Below, in pieces: positions 58,223-64,000 of a stretch of DNA of 64,000 bases. How positions within the stretch are numbered: the stretch's first letter is position 1; the number at the start of each line of letters is the position of its first letter. The notes under the pieces are model-generated. The model was not told the origin of the DNA, ran no database searches, and was given only the letters and a program-made list of their open reading frames with translations. Source of the DNA: Eledone cirrhosa (lineage: Eukaryota); contig OZ024740.1 of assembly GCA_964016885.1 (NCBI GenBank), positions 225,618,001-225,682,000 on the forward strand, in the 5' to 3' direction. The position numbers and the translations under genes are program-made.

Positions 58223-58225
58223 GTA

Positions 58226-58275
<50 letters not shown>

Positions 58276-58287
58276 TATATTTATATG

Positions 58288-58384
<97 letters not shown>

Positions 58385-58395
58385 GTATATATATG

Positions 58396-58462
<67 letters not shown>

Positions 58463-58465
58463 GTG

Positions 58466-58562
<97 letters not shown>

Positions 58563-58563
<1 letters not shown>

Positions 58564-61500
58564 ACTTTGAATAACTTTGAAATGTTTTGGCCAGTATTGG
58601 CCCAGGCCATGTCTAACTTAATAGCACCACCTGGCGAAGTCTTTCAATTCAGGATTTGGGCACCATGGCCCATTCGAGAAGAGAATTACTGTTTGCGGAG
58701 ACATATCCGGGTGTGGGTGGTTTGTCCGGGATTACTTGGAGGAATTTGTCCAAAGACTTCTTGAATTTTGTGTGGTCAGTTTCTGTTTTGACGTGTCCTG
58801 GTGTGATGTTGAAGAGAGCAGGGCCGATTGAGGTGAAATAATTGTGCCGTATTGTTGTTATGAGTTGCGATTTAGATTTTTGAATGGGACGGATAGCACG
58901 GGGCCCAAGCCTTGGGTGTATCTTGAAGGCGATGCCAACATCATTTGGGCAGTGATGATGGAACATTTTCCACATCATGCAGATAATATAACGCTCACGG
59001 CGACGTTGGAGTGAGTAAAGTTTCAGGTTTTCCAATCGACCCCAGTAGTCAAGGTCTGACATGCCATCTATCTTTTTCGTGATTGCCCTTTGAGGAGCTT
59101 CAAGTTTCATGATACTTTGTTTCGTGTGGGGAGACCACAGTGGACAACAGTATTCAAGGTGTGGTCGGGCGAAAGTAGAGAAGAGAAGGATAATGGTGCG
59201 GGAATCTCTCGACTGGAAGGTTCTGAGGATCCAGGAACACATTCTGCGGGCCATGTCAACTTTGCTGCTTATATGCGTGGTCCAGATTATGTTGCTGTCC
59301 ACGGTTACTCCCAAGTCTCTGATGTTGTTAGATGCCACGAGAGTTTCCCCGGAGGGAAGGGAGTACGGGAGTTTCAGAGCATCCTCTTTTCCAAAGTGGT
59401 TCAGTTCGAATTTGTCTTCGTTCAGTAACATGTTGTTCTTTTCTGCCCATTGGGTAACAGCCAGTAGGTCTGACTGAAGGCTTATCCGGTCATCCACGCC
59501 ATTGATGACCTTTTGGAGCTTGGAATCATCAGCGAAAATTTTAATGTTGCTGTGTTTGATGATGTCAGTGATGTCATTAATATAGATGATGAAGAGAAGT
59601 GGGCCCAACACAGTGCCTTGTGGGACTCCACTACTGACTTTGGCTGGGCTTGATTTGACTCCCTCAACTACAACATGTTGGGTTCTGTTTGACAGGAAGC
59701 TCTTGATCCACTGCAGCAGCTTTCCAGTTGCACCAATATTGGACAGCTTTCTCAGTAGAATGTTATGATCAACCCTGTCAAAGGCCTTGCTGAAATCAAG
59801 GTAGATAACATCAGTGTTGGAACCCTCTCCCAAGGCTCTCAAAATGTCATCAAAGTGATGCAGTAGTTGCGTCAGGCAATCCCTTCCATTACGGAATCCA
59901 TGCTGGTTGGAGTTCAGCATATTGTTACTCTCAAGGAAGTGGGTCATTCGCGATCTCACCACTCGCTCAAATACCTTAATGATATGAGAGGTGAGTGAGA
60001 TTGGACGGTAATTCACGGCAAGGGATTTGTTTCCCTTTTTGAAAACTGGGACAACAGACTGGGATAGAAGGTTTTCTGGCACATATCCAGCATCCAGTGA
60101 GTTCCGCCACAGATTGGCAAGAGGAGAAGCAAGTTGGTGTTGACACGCCTTCAAGACACAAGCAGGGAACCTATCGGGACCTACTGCTGAATTATGCTTG
60201 ATTTCCTTTATTGCCGCCAAGACATCAGGGGCGCCAAACGTTATGTCCGATAAGGTGTAATGGGGAGTAACATCGCCGATACAGCCCAGATCGGCCATAT
60301 CAGGATTGCTGAAAACAGAGCAGTATTGTTTCTGCAGTATCTCACCCATGGTTTTAGCATTGTCTTGAAGAGTGCCATTTTCATCAATTAGAGGGCCAAC
60401 AGTAGAGCCAGTGATTTTGTGTTTTTTTTGCAAATGAAAAGAACACTTTGGGATTGAGTTTGATCTTCTCAATGGCCCAGGCCTCTTCAGCTCTTCTCTG
60501 ATTGTTGATGAGGGACATTATGTTGTTTTGGAGGTTATGTTTTTTAATCTCTAGTGATGAAATGGCAGTCAAGTTGATGTGTTGCTGCTGACAGTATTTC
60601 AGCTTGTTGATTTTTTTGTTCGTTCTCTTAATTTTTCTGATGAGTGTTTTTCTATTTCTAGGGATTCTGCTCTTAGATTTGTTTATAGTTCTTAATGGGG
60701 TGTGTTTAGCACATATGTTTGTAACAGTGTCCACAAATGTCTGCCAGGACTTTTTGATGTTAGTGGGTGTATGAGTGTGCGTGAAGGACCAGTCGACATG
60801 TGCAAGATCATGACTGATCGCTTCCCAGTTTGCATTGTGGAAATCCATAGCGTCAAACGGATGGACAGGAGAAATGACATTGGGTTTGTATATTGGACGG
60901 TGGAAACTCAGATCACAGAGAACCATGTCATGATCAGAGAGTAGAGTTTTCTCCACTGCAATATTGTGGATATTGTCAGTGTGATTGCTGAAAATTAAGT
61001 CTAGGACGTTTTTGTGGCACCTCGTTGGTTCGAGCACTAGTTGGGATAGGAAGAAATCATCCATGAAGTCAAGAAGCGATTCCACAGCTTCCCTGTCAGA
61101 GGTTGAGGCAGAAGAACCTGGTGGCAGGGTGTTTGTGGACCAGTCAACTCCGGGGAGGTTGAAGTCCCCCATCATTAAGATGTTGTCAGGGTGACACTCT
61201 TGGATGAAACACTTTATGCTGTTGAGGCATTCCTTGAAGCATGGTACAGGCGTTTGGGGTGGCCTATAGAGCCCAACTACTAATAGGTTGTTGGTTTGAC
61301 TGAATACAGTGACTGCCTCACAGTATCCATTAGTGAATATGTTCATAGCCTCTGTTGAGAAAGAATTATGGACATAAATGGCAGTTCCGCCCTTTCTTCT
61401 GCCAGCGCGATCAGCACGGATGGCTTTGAAATTTTTCACTTTCACCTCGGCTTCCAAGTGGAGGTTACTGAGATGGGTTTCAGTGAGGACGAAGAAAGGG

Positions 61501-61587
61501 ATGTGGTTTGGATGGACATCAATCCAGTCCTCCAGGAATTTGATCTTCCATTTTTGAGTATTGGTGGAAGGGCTGGTGGAATAACTA
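58563..61587 (-). mobile_element. LINE family A, near-complete ORF2 (APE endonuclease plus RT) with one frameshift at about 60420
   Basis: APE motifs LTETHL, GGTAIYV, GLYRPP, MGDFNLP, PTR..NVLDLIF and SDHDMV (60384-61587); RT 58649-60472; tail (TTCAAAGTTA)n. Confidence 0.97.
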
Positions 61588-63261
<1,674 letters not shown>

Positions 63262-63850
63262 TACTGTTGTCCACTGTGGTCTCCCCACACGAAACAAAGT
63301 ATCATGAAACTTGAAGCTCCTCAAAGGGCAATCACGAAAAAGATAGATGGCATGTCAGACCTTGACTACTGGGGTCGATTGGAAAACCTGAAACTTTACT
63401 CACTCCAACGTCGCCGTGAGCGTTATATTATCTGCATGATGTGGAAAATGTTCCATCATCACTGCCCAAATGATGTTGGCATCGCCTTCAAGATACACCC
63501 AAGGCTTGGGCCCCGTGCTATCCGTCCCATTCAAAAATCTAAATCGCAACTCATAACAACAATACGGCACAATTATTTCACCTCAATCGGCCCTGCTCTC
63601 TTCAACATCACACCAGGACACGTCAAAACAGAAACTGACCACTCAAAATTCAAGAAGTCTTTGGACAAATTCCTCCAAGTAATCCCGGACAAACCACCCA
63701 CACCCGGATATGTCTCCGCAAACAGTAATTCTCTTCTCGAATGGGCCATGGTGCCCAAATCCTGAATTGAAAGACTTCGCCAGGTGGTGCTATTAAGTTA
63801 GACATGGCCTGGGCCAATACTGGCCAAAACATTTCAAAGTTATTCAAAGT

Positions 63851-63852
<2 letters not shown>
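63262..63852 (+). mobile_element. LINE family A 3' fragment (opposite orientation)
   Basis: [12 protein letters not shown]...[10 protein letters not shown], 3' UTR and TTCAAAGTTA tail. Confidence 0.96.
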
Positions 63853-63913
<61 letters not shown>

Positions 63914-63930
63914 GTATATATATATGTATA

Positions 63931-64000
63931 TAACTTTGAATAACTTTGAATAACTTTGAAATGTTTTGGCCAGTATTGGCCCAGGCCATGTCTAACTTAA
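63931..64000 (-). mobile_element. LINE family A 3' end (continues beyond the window)
   Basis: (TAACTTTGAA)3 atgttttggccagtattggcccaggcc, matching 47271 and 58563. Confidence 0.95.

Overview
AT-rich, microsatellite-dense eukaryotic (animal) genomic DNA. The repeat content is most consistent with a cephalopod such as octopus, which is an inference. No complete host protein-coding gene is visible; there is one possible promoter/first exon near 38.85-39.1 kb. The window is a nest of mobile elements: Penelope-like retroelements (PLEs) of two types (Neptune-like and Naiad-like GIY-YIG), two CR1/L2-group LINE families inserted in (TA)n arrays, an RTE relic, a small LTR-element derivative, tRNA-derived SINEs with TSDs, mariner relics, MITEs and non-autonomous Helitrons. 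The most striking signal is RNA-level. By eye I find about 19 well-formed type I hammerhead ribozyme (HHR) motifs from at least 8 unrelated sequence families, plus several decayed ones. They include two non-coding, retrozyme-like tandem arrays (595-bp and 310-bp monomers, one HHR per monomer). Each array is two arms in inverted, tail-out orientation, with both outer ends fused to (TA)n. Several HHRs are unusual: a compensatory U3-A8 core, or long and branched stem II insertions. Nearly all long YI/CV/TH-rich ORFs in the track are microsatellite artefacts. Motifs were found by manual inspection; coordinates may be off by a few bases.
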